From NCBI GenBank assembly GCA_002633005.1, contig NMRA01000366.1, forward strand, positions 20,363-59,163: a DNA stretch of 38,801 bases. The letters are read 5' to 3'. The position numbers and the translations under genes were made by a program. The notes below the pieces were generated by a model that ran no database searches, was not told where the DNA came from, and was given only the letters and a program-made list of their open reading frames with translations. The stretch's first letter is position 1. Every line of letters begins with the position of its first letter. This DNA comes from Phoronis australis (Eukaryota > Animalia > Phoronida). This document shows, one piece after another, positions 11,001 to 23,190 of this stretch.

Positions 11001-12567
11001 CAATATAATGTTGTATTGTCAGCAGGGTATGCAGGTATGCAGTATTTTTTCTACCATATTAAGTGTCAGGTATTTTTAATTATCTCTTTGTTGCTGACTG
11101 GCATTTTTGTTCTGCATTTCTGCAATTTTACTTCTGGTTTTTTCCTGGTTGCAACATTTAGCTTCAAGTGTGCACGCAGAGTTAATTTGTTTGCTAGGAG
11201 CTTCTCCTGAATTTTTGCTGCTTAATGAGCCTTTCCTCAAGGTCCGTACATTTTCATGCCTGTGTGACATTCAGTCAATATGTTGTCGATTGACTGGTTC
11301 AAGTGCTTTGCTCACTGTAGGTTAAATCTGGCAAGTTTGTGGTGGACTCCTTTGTGTGTCCCTAATTTCTCTCATGGGGCCTTTCTCTCTCTTGGCTTCA
11401 TTATTGTTAAACTTCAACGAAAATCAAATTGGACCTTATGCTCTCATAAAACCGGTCTCTTAAATATTCCTTACCACGATAAGATTCTATTTAATTTGTT
11501 TTCAACAAGAACATTGAACACCAAAGCTAGAACTTCAAATTGATGAGCATCTCAGCCACTAGGAACAAGGTAAGAGAACACAGCTTAATCACAACTTAAT
11601 CGGAACTTGCGTACTGTGTCACACATATGATTTGAAAAATTCTTTAATTTTTATTAATTTCATTTTTGTACATGAGGTTCAAAATGCCCTTTAGAGAAGG
11701 TAAAATATGCCGTATTGACCAAAACACTTTCAAAAAGGTAACATTGACCTTTAACTTGGTAAATGAGAACCTCACAGGTTGCAACGTAGCGAGAGAGAGG
11801 CAAATCAACTTTAGTTCAGAATTATGGTGTACATTACTCCATTCTTCATTTGACAAGCTGGATGACCTGATTCTTTTCTCTTATTTCGCACCTTGTTGAA
11901 AATATCGACAGCCAAACTGACATGTAACTTGACAAAAGTTTCCCTGGCATGATGGGTAATAACTGATCATTCCAACTATTCTTGACTGTGACGTCTGCTT
12001 GAACTTAGGTGGATGGGAGACTACTGCTTGCCTTCAGTCGACATGACGGGATTCTCTGTCATTTTGTTCAATAATTTTTTGTCGTGTAGTAGTTGCTGCA
12101 GGTGGTACTTTTGTCCCAGTAACTGCAGGATTTCCCAACTGTTTCGAGGCAACACCTTTCTGCTCATTTAAGTCAGTTTAGGATGTTGCTTTTTGTTCTC
12201 ATGGTCAAATCTTGGCAATTGGTGACAAAATGGCACCCTTTTCATTTTTCAAGATATTCTTACTCTATTATTGATGCTCAGAATCGTTTTTGAAACATTG
12301 TCTGGTTGTCACTTTGGTGCTTAACCTAAACATGATGAAGCATTAATTTGGTGCTACACATTATTCATGAAAAATGAGCAAATAAAATTTCATCTGTCCA
12401 CTGTTTTGTCCTCAACTGACAAGATTTTATCGTAATATTTGTAGCTGTTATCAATATCTGACAATAATTATGTGATGTACTACAAGAAGACGAAGTTTTG
12501 TTTGTAGCTGACCTAGTGTGATGTCAAAGCAGTGGCATTTCTATGTGCAATATTGACTTCGTTTTTT

Positions 12568-12573
12568 AATAAA
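12568..12573 (+). terminator. Candidate polyadenylation signal for EXOC3 (alternative AATAAA at 12381-12386)
   Basis: AATAAA followed by GT/T-rich sequence, lying between the EXOC3 stop and the convergent gene. Motif only. Confidence 0.3.
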
Positions 12574-13815
12574 TTGCATGTATTCGGTGTCATTTCAACC
12601 TTTAAAAAGTAGTGAGTGATTAAGATATTTTTGTAATGGGAGCATTTGCATATGTAACGAACTTGTAGTGCTGTGGGCAATATGACGGCCATTATGCTTG
12701 ACCAAAGGACTGCTTACGTTTTGTAAATTGTCAATCACTGAAAACATAATCTCCAATCTGTGGTGAACGTGGAATCAGCTGCACTGGTCATTGCTTTCGT
12801 TAATGTCAAGGCCTGAATTCAGGATTTGAAGCCAGGCTTGGGACATCCGACTTACCCAACAAATCCCTTTACTTGACAAAAGGTGGTGAGCTGAAAGTCC
12901 ATGCACATATCCATAGCCTTTCAGATTGAACTCTTAGTTATCCAGACAAGAGATAGCTTCAAGGTTATGTAGGATTCAAGAAAATGTCCTAATTTGGTTA
13001 ACACTTCATTATATCATGTCTCAGAAATGACAGAAGGGATTCATTGAAACCTTTGCCCTTTACGCTTTATGTGCTCTTCTCCAAAAGGTTTTAAGGAATT
13101 GTTTTTAAAATGTTCCACTTTTCCTGAGGGCTATCAAAAATAGGACATTTATTAATTTTATTAAGGCTCAAAAGTTGCATAAAACAAAACGAAACATTTA
13201 TATCAAAACAAAAAATTGGTACTATTATCGATGCAATTTTGCACCTTTCCTTTTCAATAAATTTTTTCGGGTGACCCAATTTATTACATTAAGTTAAAAA
13301 TCGACATCTACAAGCTTTCTACTTTCAGAAAATATGTATTTTACTGAATTTGAATCTATTGCTTTGCTGACATTTAGCTAAATAGAGATTTGTCAGTAAG
13401 GTCCAGCATAAACTTAAAAGTATGGTTACATATAGATTTATCAAGTGGCTATATACCTGCCTTCCATCAAGGACTTAATTTTTGATTCCGGTAACTTTCC
13501 ATCACATAACCGGTCTTAAGTTGTTGCTGACTAGGGTTACTGACATTCCTGGACTTGAGGAAAAATAGGAGTTCATGACTGCTTGAGATCGTGCTCAACT
13601 AGGTGACTCATCATCGCTGGTCATTTTATGTGCCGACCGCGGTGTCGAGCTTTACACAACTTGTCATTTCTGCCTAGAAGTCTAAATCGTTAATATTTGA
13701 CCGCCAAAGGTGGCTGTATACCTACATTAACCATTCTTTTTCAATACAGCTTGCTGAATCGATGCTGATTCAATATTCCCAAATGAAAAAGAATTTTTTT
13801 TAATTTCTCGTTCTG

Positions 13816-13821
13816 TTTATT
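13816..13821 (-). terminator. Candidate polyadenylation signal of the hydrolase-fold gene
   Basis: AATAAA on the minus strand about 58 nt past the TAG at 13879. Confidence 0.4.
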
Positions 13822-13878
13822 CAAAACTGTCAAAAATAAAAATGCATAACAAAATAAAGACCCCCAAGACCCCCTCTA

Positions 13879-14055
13879 CTACATAATCTTTGTCTTCTGT
13901 CGACTGCTCCGCCACTGCTTGACGAGACGTTTGATTGGCTCAACGATATCATCGGGTGAAGTGAACATCTTGGTGTGGTCAGCTCCATTGACCACTATGT
14001 GTTTGGACCGAGGATAGACTTTGGACACAAGGTGTTCTTGTGACTTGGCCCAAGC
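13879..14055 (-). CDS. Alpha/beta-hydrolase-fold protein, coding exon 11 (last)
   Basis: Acceptor ctttcag|GCT. AWAKSQEHLVSKVYPRSKHIVVNGADHTKMFTSPDDIVEPIKRLVKQWRSSRQKTKIM*; His of GADH lies at the expected catalytic-His position. 177 nt. Confidence 0.9.
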   Translation of the reverse strand, partial: AWAKSQEHLVSKVYPRSKHIVVNGADHTKMFTSPDDIVEPIKRLVKQWRSSRQKTKIM

Positions 14056-14811
14056 CTGAAAGTCATATTTTAATGATATAAAAATGGAGAATATGAGTCT
14101 TCATTTCCAACGTGATCAAGATAAGGTACACATAAAATAAACACCATCTCAATATGATGCAATTTGCCCTTTTCGACAACTCAAAGCAAATGGTTGCCTG
14201 AAATTATTTCTGCTGGATTCGGACATTGAACAGTATTATCAAAAAAAGTTGACTAATACTGTCAAAATTCATTTGGCTTTGTCAAAGATATGGTGAAAAC
14301 CCAGAAAATCACATGCAAAACGACACATCACTTGACAATTAGTCTGAAATTTTTTATTCAAAATTTTGCCAATTTTTTTGACAAAAATGTTGATGTTGTT
14401 CAAAAACTACAACAGCACTGGTTTTGTTGATGTTCTTCCCAAATTAAAGACCTGTCAGTTGATCTTTGACTAATAATGGACAGGAAAGACTAATAAATCT
14501 GCTCCATACATAAAATTTTAAGAAAACCAAAAAACCCTCCTTGCAGATCTTGATGTCAAAAACACACAGCTTTTGTAACCATCTGCAGACATGCAAATTG
14601 AATTCAATTAAAATCAGAAACGATTTTGGGTTTAGTGAAAACTAACCATTAATTTTTCTTGTTGATTGGGAACTGAACTCAATAGTCTGCATAACAAAAC
14701 CAACGTTCGCTAGTTGCAAACAGGCTGACTCGGAGCTAAAGGTCTAGAAAGCATCGGTGACGCATAATCCTTGGTGTGTTGTGGCTTAGTTTCAAAGTAA
14801 TCTTGCATTAC

Positions 14812-14908
14812 CTTATTTAGTGAACTGGGTAGTTGGTCATCATAGTAATTCCCGGTGATCACCGTCACGGATACATTTTCTGGGAATGGCTTTACTTTGT
14901 TCAGAATT
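14812..14908 (-). CDS. Alpha/beta-hydrolase-fold protein, coding exon 10
   Basis: tttacag|...AAG|gtaatg. ILNKVKPFPENVSVTVITGNYYDDQLPSSLNK. Phases 2/0. Confidence 0.9.
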
Positions 14909-15087
14909 CTGTAAATAGGAAAAACAAAACTGAAAAACAATAGCATTCTAATGCACGTTTTCAAATACAAGACAGAAAATTAAAAACATACATCCCAATG
15001 AGTATGCCCGATTCGTCTCTCATTTTAAATGGTTTTTCACCACAAAGCAGTTATTAATAATATTTTGTCAAGGTGGAAGCGTTCACC

Positions 15088-15504
15088 AATGGCTGGTTGC
15101 ATGAAACTGTCTTAATAAGGACTCGATTACATTCCCTAACACTTTAGTCTGTATATAGACTTCATTTACTCAGTTTTCTATTTTTTATCGTATCTATGCT
15201 TTGAGCTCTTGTTTTATTTGACATTTTCCAATCGCATTTCTGAAACTGCACTTAAAGGAAAATAAATAGGAACCGAGTCCTTAAATAAGGGGTAATGCAT
15301 GCAAAGGTAACTATTCATTTTCAGTAACGTTAAGAATTCAACGCCTAGTCTACTCTCGGTATGCATCAAAGCTAAAACTGAATGTGGCAATGAATTAAGA
15401 TACAATATCACAAGGATCAGTGTTTGCACAGTCTTCAAATGCATGGGATACTTAGCAAACATAGTCTAGTCCCTACTGGGGCTGTTGCATACAACCAGTC
15501 ACAG
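15088..15504. mobile_element. MITE, Harbinger/PIF-like termini
   Basis: Imperfect TIRs tggctggttgcatgaaac / gttgcatacaaccagtca; internal inverted taaggactcg / cgagtcctta. Confidence 0.5.
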
Positions 15505-16081
15505 CAGAATTTGTACACACACGTCAATCACTGTCGAGGGTTCACAGAGCTTGTGTTTCATTTTATTTTGACCACAGAATTGTTATGGGTATGCAGCACT
15601 GAAATCAGATTTGTTGGAATATGAATTAACGCACCATCTATGAAATCCATTGCGTTGGTTCTTGTTTTAGAAGAATCCTTTTTAATACATCCAGATAATA
15701 CGATAAAACCACAGGCCAAATGATTCAACAGTAACATCAATTGCCACTAACTTGTAAAATGATTTACTCCATTTCGAAGTTTGCAACTTTGACTTGGCCT
15801 AACTAGCACTGCGTGAGTGTGTAAACAGATCTTGGCATGACCCATGATAAAAAAGGAGAATTTTCCAGGTGATGTATCGCTCTACAAATAAAAAGGGTCA
15901 AGTGATAGAAATATTTTTTGTTGTAAAATTTAATGGCAAAAACTTTTTTTGCATAAATAAAGTCAAAATAATGAGCAAAAAGAGAAGAAAAACAGGAAAC
16001 TGGAAATCAAAAAAGAAGAAATCAAACCCAAAAACGAGGAAAATTCCAAGCCCTGAATTAAAGCAATAAAAATGAACCCAC

Positions 16082-16164
16082 CTTATCTGAGCAAAACTCT
16101 CATTAATGAAGAAGTATTCATCAACCACTGAGCTCATGTGTTTTGGATGGCAAAGCAAATGTTT
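16082..16164 (-). CDS. Alpha/beta-hydrolase-fold protein, coding exon 9
   Basis: tttcag|...AG|gtgggt. KHLLCHPKHMSSVVDEYFFINESFAQIR. Phases 0/2. Confidence 0.88.
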
Positions 16165-16819
16165 CTGAAATAAAAGTCAGACGAACGATTATCAACAAGC
16201 TCAAGACCATAAAAACAACATGATTATCCTAAATGCATGATCAATACACTTTTGAAAATAAAAAATTCACACACATTTCGAGTTTCCTTGATGCATGTTC
16301 ATACATGTAATAGCTGATCTGAAGTGCCCTACAATAAAACCATCTATAACGAAAAAACCTGCTTTAAAAAAAATAGAAATTAGAACATTTCCCCCGTCAC
16401 TGTGGAAATGTATTTGAAATTGTGTTATTTTCCAATAAAAAATAATGAATGTAGCCAAGTGTTTCAGGAAGTTAGGCAAGAAGGAAGACCAAGGAGGTTC
16501 TTCAGAAAAATTAGGTACACGTGTGTCTACATGAGATAAAAAGGTAGACCCACTTCAGTACCCACAAACTGTGAATAAGAAAACACCAATATCATTACCA
16601 ACACTTAAAATATAAACCATTTCTACACCTGACACAAAATGAAACCCCGTTTCAACAGTTAGAAGAACTTGAGAAACGGAGAAAACAACTTGTAACGGGT
16701 AAATGTTTTGTAGAAAAACCAACCCATCGCGATATATCAACAAAAAATCAACCCATAAAAACAGCTGACAACTGGTGAAAAATAAGCCAAAATAGATACA
16801 AAAAATACATGAAAAAACT

Positions 16820-17010
16820 AACACCCATTACAATCCCAAAGCATTGACAATCGTATGCATTATAATCCCAAAATCAGTCAAACCTATGCCCATTTCGACA
16901 CCCAAACCGACAAACCCCATACCCAGTTTGATGCTAAAATTGACGAAAACCATACCCATTTTGTTACCAAAATAACCAAAATCCGAGAACCCATTTCAGC
17001 AGCACCCATA
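16820..17010. repeat. Degenerate minisatellite of about 33 bp (cores like 'atacccatt'), probably part of an old non-autonomous DNA element
   Basis: Five to six units such as catacccagtttgatgctaaaattgacgaaaac and catacccattttgttaccaaaataaccaaaatc. Confidence 0.6.
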
Positions 17011-17086
17011 CCACAGATGAACAACTCAGGAAGACTAACATACAGGCAAGTACAAAGCATTAAAGAAACGAATTGGGCGTGCATAC

Positions 17087-17225
17087 TTGGCGTATCACCA
17101 CTTCCTCTGGTATATTCTCGCCTGTCATTGGCTGATTCATCATACCCAATAGCAGAGCTAGACGGGTCATTCCTGTGGCAGCAGATAACTGAAGAGACTG
17201 GAAGGACGGTATAAGATGCTGAAAC
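17087..17225 (-). CDS. Alpha/beta-hydrolase-fold protein, coding exon 8
   Basis: ttgtag|...CAA|gtatgc. FQHLIPSFQSLQLSAATGMTRLALLLGMMNQPMTGENIPEEVVIRQ. Phases 2/0. Confidence 0.88.
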
Positions 17226-17715
17226 CTACAACATCCGCATCCTTGTAATTAGTTGACTGAACATGTCATGATTCGTAGAAAGACCATTATAGTACCGCTA
17301 TTATCCACAATTTGTTTTTCTAACTTAAAACATTTCCATGATGGCGAAACAAAACTCTGGCATAGTCTGTGAAACTAAAAATGCTCGTTGCATCAGCAAA
17401 ATTGCAAAATATGTCATCCATTAAAGAACATTCTTCTTTACTCACTCAGGCGTGATGTAGTAATTCATGTTTTTGTGTGGTCAACCTGAATTGCAACTTC
17501 CCTGGTCCATCAACAAGAATCAAGACAGGACAGGGTTGTATCCAAACTTATCCAGTGCTTTAGTTTGACCATTGCGAGATCCCATTAGCAGTGTTCAAGA
17601 ATTTTTGTGTGAGCACAACATGATATACATTTAACGTTTAATTTACCAGTAACTAGACCACTGTCAGTAAGAACCTGTGCCCACCCACTGACAAGTGAAA
17701 CAGGTCTAAACTCAC

Positions 17716-17796
17716 CAAAACTGTGACCAAATGCCTTCATCGTAAGTGAAGATTTCCTCCACCAGGGGGTCCACCAACACCAGATGAGACACGTCT
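17716..17796 (-). CDS. Alpha/beta-hydrolase-fold protein, coding exon 7
   Basis: ttcttttag|...TG|gtgagt. DVSHLVLVDPLVEEIFTYDEGIWSQFW carries the typical beta6 'V..LVLVDP'. Phases 2/2. Confidence 0.9.
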
Positions 17797-18267
17797 CTAA
17801 AAGAAAAATCATGAAGCCAATTACGAACAACGTTAAAACCCCAGAGAGTTCATCCCTAACACATAACCTGTTCTCTTAATGCCACATACAGGTCTAGGTT
17901 TGAGAAACTGATTTTCACAGAGTACAAGATGTGACACAGATCAAACAATTCGGGCCACGACCTTAAAAATGATGTCAAGGTCACTATTTTTGACTGACAC
18001 CTGGAGATGCTCTGACTACACAAAAACCTCCCTTCTCTATGTTATAGTAAAAATTTTCCAATTTCGGACAGTGAAAAATCAGTTACTTTGACAAGGCAGG
18101 TAAGTCTGCTTGCACTCAGCCGTCCGGTCTGATATTTTTTATGTGTACTGTAGTAAGTTCAAGACGTCTACCATACCCAAAATAACCCTCAAGCTGCATT
18201 TTTTAACCAGAAAACGACTGTGTCCCTGTCATAATGGTGCTCTGCAGTCCGTTTTACATTAACCTAC

Positions 18268-18387
18268 CCTTCAAACATATGTGTGTAGAATCGTGCCACC
18301 AAACTGCCTAACTCAGCACCTACTAGGATTAGTGGCCTCGGTTGCTGGCTGCTAGATGAGATAAGTCGATGAAGGTCGTCCACCATT
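18268..18387 (-). CDS. Alpha/beta-hydrolase-fold protein, coding exon 6 (nucleophile elbow G-A-E-L-G)
   Basis: cttacag|...GG|gtaggt. MVDDLHRLISSSSQQPRPLILVGAELGSLVARFYTHMFEG corresponds to the family pattern 'DLH.LL....P.ILVGHS.GG..AR.Y'. Phases 2/2. Confidence 0.92.
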
Positions 18388-18945
18388 CTGTAAGTCAGAC
18401 AACCATAAAAGTAACCCAAAATTGATGAACAAAAACAATATACTTGTTCAGGGGCTGACATTAAGACTTAACAGCCTCAGTGTGCAGCTACATACTCTTG
18501 CCATATTCAACTTCACAGCCGGAAATGGTCATAAAGCAAATGACTTCAAAACTGGGCAGGACATGAAAACTATATGCTTCTGAGGTTCCCACACGACTGG
18601 AAGTGTACCACCCACAAATACGATGTAGAGACTGGCATCAGAAAAAAACAAAGAAATCATGTTGAGGAGATAAAAACGTGTTTAAACCAGAATTGGATGG
18701 CATCAGGCCTCTACAAACATTGACAATAACCTTGAGTAACTAATTCCATGGAAGTGTCTAACTTAAAAGAAGTGAAAATGGTGTCCATCTGATCCATGCA
18801 CTTTATTCTCAGGCACAGATCTGGCACCATAAGAGAAGAAGCATTGAACTTCACCATTACAGAATACAAAAGCTGTTGAGCGACGAAAAAGAGTGCAGAA
18901 CGCCAGTGACCACCCCCTCCCTGAATCCTGCCTGTTCTCGCTCAC

Positions 18946-19031
18946 CTCTCCACTGTGTACATTTCCCATTTCATTCTATTTTTTAATGTGATCTCTTCAC
19001 CCTCCTCTGGCTGGGAATTACTGGAACCATT
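18946..19031 (-). CDS. Alpha/beta-hydrolase-fold protein, coding exon 5
   Basis: tttacag|...AG|gtgagc. NGSSNSQPEEGEEITLKNRMKWEMYTVER. Phases 0/2 bridge the neighbouring exons exactly. Confidence 0.82.
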
Positions 19032-19317
19032 CTGTAAATTGCACAACAAAAACGTTTGGTGGTTTGTCAAATGCATAAATAAAAGCAAAGAATCACTACA
19101 TTAAGTTCCATGCGGCACGAATTAGGTCAAGCCAAAGAGCTCGCCATACTAAAGAAACAAAAAGGGACGTTCCATCCCAAAACATCAGTTTCAAAAATGA
19201 CACTACCTTCGGTTTTAAGAAGCAACAGTTTCCAACAATTTACTTGATACTTACAATAGGCCTGTCTAAAAGCAGTACAAAGAGCATTCACAGACTACAA
19301 ACTGCAAGTTTACTTAC

Positions 19318-19365
19318 ATGAGGACGCTGGCTGAATCCAATACCTGCCCTGTCATAAACACAGAC
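19318..19365 (-). CDS. Alpha/beta-hydrolase-fold protein, coding exon 4
   Basis: tttgtcag|...CAT|gtaagt. VCVYDRAGIGFSQRPH is the canonical 'DRxGxGxS' motif. Confidence 0.93.
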
Positions 19366-20184
19366 CTGACAAACAAAAATAAAACAAAATTAGTGAAGAC
19401 AGCATCAAGCCATTTTTAAAGCACACTAGTCACAAACAAAAAAAGAAAAGTGGCGACTTTATGAAGCTTGGAAAACCCCTAAAACCTTTGTTGGGCAAAA
19501 AACATCTTGTTTGTTCATACTAATTAGGTGAGGAATCGGGGATGGATTTAAAGAGCATCCTCATATCCTGTACATTTAGCTCCTTACTTGGAGGTCAATC
19601 CCGTGACTGCTCACATCACATACTGTGGGAATATTAAAGCGTTGGGAAAAAATTATAAAATAAGATTTGTGACGCGTCAACAAATAATTCACATGCAGCT
19701 AATCCCATGACTTCTCCAGTCAATACAATATTATACAAAAATATGCAGGAGATTAACAGGACATTGCAAACTGATGTTCTCTTTAAAGAACTATACCGGG
19801 ATCATTCTGCGAATTAAATTGGGTGAGATCAGTTGTTGTGCTTTACAACCTCCCTCTCCCATAATATAATAGTGGTCGATAACAACAGCGATGAAGCAAT
19901 ATTGTAACGTTATCATACGTTATAATTATTCTTTATAGGTAGCACTCTTGCTCATTGCATCAGTGTGCCATTATCGGTCGTATTAACACGCAGACTCGTT
20001 CACGTCACATTTGGAGTGTCTATCGCAACAACAAAATAAGGACATCCTTCATTTTATCACTGGAAAACCAGAGGAAGATTTTTTGCTTTAGAACTACAAT
20101 CCGCCCTCCAGCACAAAAGCAACATTTGAAATTGGTCCCAATTTCTTAGTCGAAACAGCTGAATTCTGAGCTTGCAAAGAACCA

Positions 20185-20490
20185 ATAATTGCTCGAGACT
20201 AATCTCCACAAGTTGACTTGTCGCGACTTATCATTTTATTCACCGAGCACGGTACTGAGCAATAACCAACCGTCAATTCCTCGATAATAATTGTCGCCCA
20301 TGCTATGACTTGCCCCTACAACAAGTTACTCCTGGAATAAGTTATCACAAGGTTTAGTAGTAGAGTGGACGCGATTTGTGCTCGAGCAACTAAACACACG
20401 TGATAACTTACCCCATCTTATCGTGGAAGGTAACTTCTTCTAGAGTAACTTGTTCAGGGTGACACGCCCCAGAGCAAGTTGCGGTCTGGA
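20185..20490. repeat. Degenerate multi-arm inverted repeat (MITE relic)
   Basis: aacaagttactcctggaataagttatc (about 20319) pairs with ggtaacttcttctagagtaacttgtt (about 20429); ttgctcgagactaatc pairs with gatttgtgctcgagcaa. Confidence 0.5.
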
Positions 20491-20778
20491 TACATACCTG
20501 TAGACAAGGCAGAAGAAATTACATTTACCAGATTTTTTTTGCCTGGAACTTTGCCGATCTCACTTCAAAGATGCTGATAATTTTAAAGTTATTTTCAACT
20601 GTTATTATAATAGCAGCCCAAAGTTCATAAAATTTTAAAGTTTGTGTAAATCAACTTTTTGTGTAGAATACTGGTAAATACGAAACAGTTTGCAGCCCTC
20701 CTGTCCTCTAGATGTCCAGATGCCATCTAAGTGCCACCCATTCAGCAAAACATTTGATAACTGTTTAAGCATGCGTAC

Positions 20779-20924
20779 CTTTGTTGTCTTTGACAGTTGA
20801 CTTTGTACAAGAGACCAAACATCTGAGGACATGCCCGTCGGCGAGTCCAAGATCACAGTAGGTTTACCCTTGCCCTGACATCCAAGGTACATCAACTGAC
20901 CAAACCCAACATCATAAAGCTCAC
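20779..20924 (-). CDS. Alpha/beta-hydrolase-fold protein, coding exon 3
   Basis: gtgcag|...AAG|gtacgc. GELYDVGFGQLMYLGCQGKGKPTVILDSPTGMSSDVWSLVQSQLSKTTK fits the beta1-beta3 region of the Abhydrolase_1/6 fold. Phases 1/0. Confidence 0.92.
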
Positions 20925-21048
20925 CTGCACAATATAAATTCTTATATAAAATCGACATTACACATTGAAGTGCCCAAGTTTTGTAGATAAATGAAGCATC
21001 GTTTCCTTCCGCAAAATAAGATTTTCACTCAGCATGACATGTCAGTAC

Positions 21049-21292
21049 TATTGAAATAATGATCACTACCTAGCGGCGGCCTAATTATACTTGAGAACCT
21101 AGTTTTCGGGCCCATCTTGGGTTCTTTATCGGGGCACTGGCAAGGATCTCAAAGTCAGGTGGTCACCTGTAGGCGGTGCCTGGCAGTCATCAAACTCCAT
21201 CTGGTGCCCCGACGAAGAGCCTAAGATGAGACCGAAACCTAGGCTCTCGAGTATAATCAGGCCGTCGGTAGATAATAATCATTATTTCGATA
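21049..21292. mobile_element. MITE-like inverted repeat, arms about 90 bp, TA at both ends
   Basis: tattgaaataatgat...cggggcactgg (21049-21140) pairs with ctggtgccccg...atcattatttcgata (21201-21292). Confidence 0.75.
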
Positions 21293-21914
21293 CAATATTT
21301 CGGAACCAGCTGTGAAGATTCATTCCACTTTGTCAGCATTACATTGTGGTTTTAATTGACTGTTTATAGATTTCAGAAAAGCTTCCGAAGACACAACGCT
21401 TTAACAAGCATAGGTTATTCTCTTCACTGATCCAAACAACACTAACAGAACAATCCCATGAGAAGCAAAATTACACTAATGCAAAGGTCACCTATTTCCA
21501 GATTTTTGTTTTCATTGCACTTTGAATAGCGTTGTCATTTAATTCTTGCCATACATTAGCATAGTAAGAACCACACAAATACATCTTTAAAACAAAGGCA
21601 AGGTTCTCTTTTGACAGGAGGCATGTTTACAGGTAGGATTCTCCAACAAGTTTGATTCGCACGTCACTAGTTTGAACAACAATGCAACCACTTGAAACTG
21701 GCGAGAGAGAAAATATTGATGAATAGGCGTCGTTATTAGGACATTTATTGAAACTCGGCACGAGTCCAACATTCAGATTCACAGGGATACAAAAATGCAA
21801 ATCACTCAAAATGTCGGCATGGCCTTTCTGTAATGTGCAAGTCCCATTGACTTTGACTTTTCTGATGGCACCTTTAACTTAAAGCCCACATGAGATGCAT
21901 GACTGTTATTCTAC

Positions 21915-22083
21915 CTGGTGGCTTCAACTTTTGGCTTTCTCCTAACAAGGCCACGTAGTTCAGGAACGGAGGTATTAGAACTGCGATAATCATATACTTG
22001 ATAACACTAACGCATCTTCCTAGTAGTGATGGCTGAGACTGTGAAGTCTTCTTAGAAGAACCAGCTGAGCCAGTTGATTGGGC
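21915..22083 (-). CDS. Alpha/beta-hydrolase-fold protein, coding exon 2 (signal-anchor transmembrane segment)
   Basis: aatttag|...CCAG|gtagaa. AQSTGSAGSSKKTSQSQPSLLGRCVSVIKYMIIAVLIPPFLNYVALLGESQKLKPPG includes a hydrophobic stretch. Phases 0/1. Confidence 0.85.
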
Positions 22084-22334
22084 CTAAATTTGATAAAAAT
22101 GAACAAATCAAAATCATTGCAATGCGAGCTCATGTGAATGTTGCGTTTTGACCTGCAATGAAACTTTGAACACTGTTGATGCCTTAATTGATAACATTTC
22201 ACTGTCTAGCAAAATACCTTATCATCCTTCTCAGAGAATTTCAAATACAACATCTATACCGTGAAGTGAGAAAAAGATTTTGAAAGTACACAACCGTGTG
22301 CAAATTTGATTACTGCTCATCCAATTTGGGCAAT

Positions 22335-23190
22335 TGAACAACGGAAAAAGTTTGATAACTCGAGCATGTGTTCGAGTTGGAAGAAATTAAAACATCAACG
22401 GCATCCTAAGGCGACTCTCTATGCGCAACAATGTGACTTTGATGTTTTAATCAGTGTGACACATAATTCGCCGAAAACCAATTGGAGCATGAAGAGCCTA
22501 TAGGAGCTTGCGTGTCTCTGGTTCGGGTCAGCTAGAGGGCGGTGACAGTGGTCACTGTCTACGCAGCCTCTAGAATGTGACCACTGTCTCTAGGTGGCTC
22601 AGTAGAGACGGTGTAGCTCATATAGGAGCTTCATACGCTGGAAGCTTTTCGGTAAATCATACCTCACACTGACTAAACCATCAAAGTCACATTGTTATAA
22701 ATACCTTTTGTGCATAAAGGGACAACTTAGAAAGCTGTCATTGTCTTTAATTTCTTCCAACTCGAACAAATATACTCCCGTTATCACACATTTTCTTCGA
22801 GCAGTCCCTCGTTCAGTTCCCAAAATCGGTAATGGCCATTTTTACACTGCTCCCGCCAGGGGATATGGCGTCATACCACCTGCTGTGCACGGTGTTAAAA
22901 ATGGCTAGTTTCCGATTTTGAGAACGGAATGAAGAACTGCTCCAACAAAAAGTTTGATAAGTATTTATTTGAGTTCGAAGGAATTAAAGACATCGACGGC
23001 CTCCCAAGCCATAGGCTATGGAGTTCTTCTATGAGTAAATGGTATTTATAACCACATGACTTTGATGTTTTAGTCAGTGTGAGGCATAATTTGCCGAAAA
23101 GCTTCTAGTGTATGATGCTCCTATAGCCTAGGAGCTAGACTGTCTCTACTGAGCCACCTCGAGATGGTGGTCACAGTCTACGCGGCCTCA
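22335..23190. repeat. Three units of about 250-300 bp in alternating orientation (+,-,+); foldback-like
   Basis: gactttgatgtttta.tcagtgtga..cataatt.gccgaaaa occurs at about 22435 (+), about 22646-22690 (reverse complement) and about 23058 (+). Symmetry centres lie near 22565 and 22870. Confidence 0.8.

Noticed and set aside
16820-17010. Regularly spaced short repeats as a possible CRISPR array
   Set aside because: Degenerate tandem units without identical repeats and unique spacers; eukaryotic intron; no cas genes.
16855-17214. 119-aa ORF with HxxFDxK repeats
   Set aside because: Formed by a 33-bp minisatellite plus the antisense of hydrolase exon 8.
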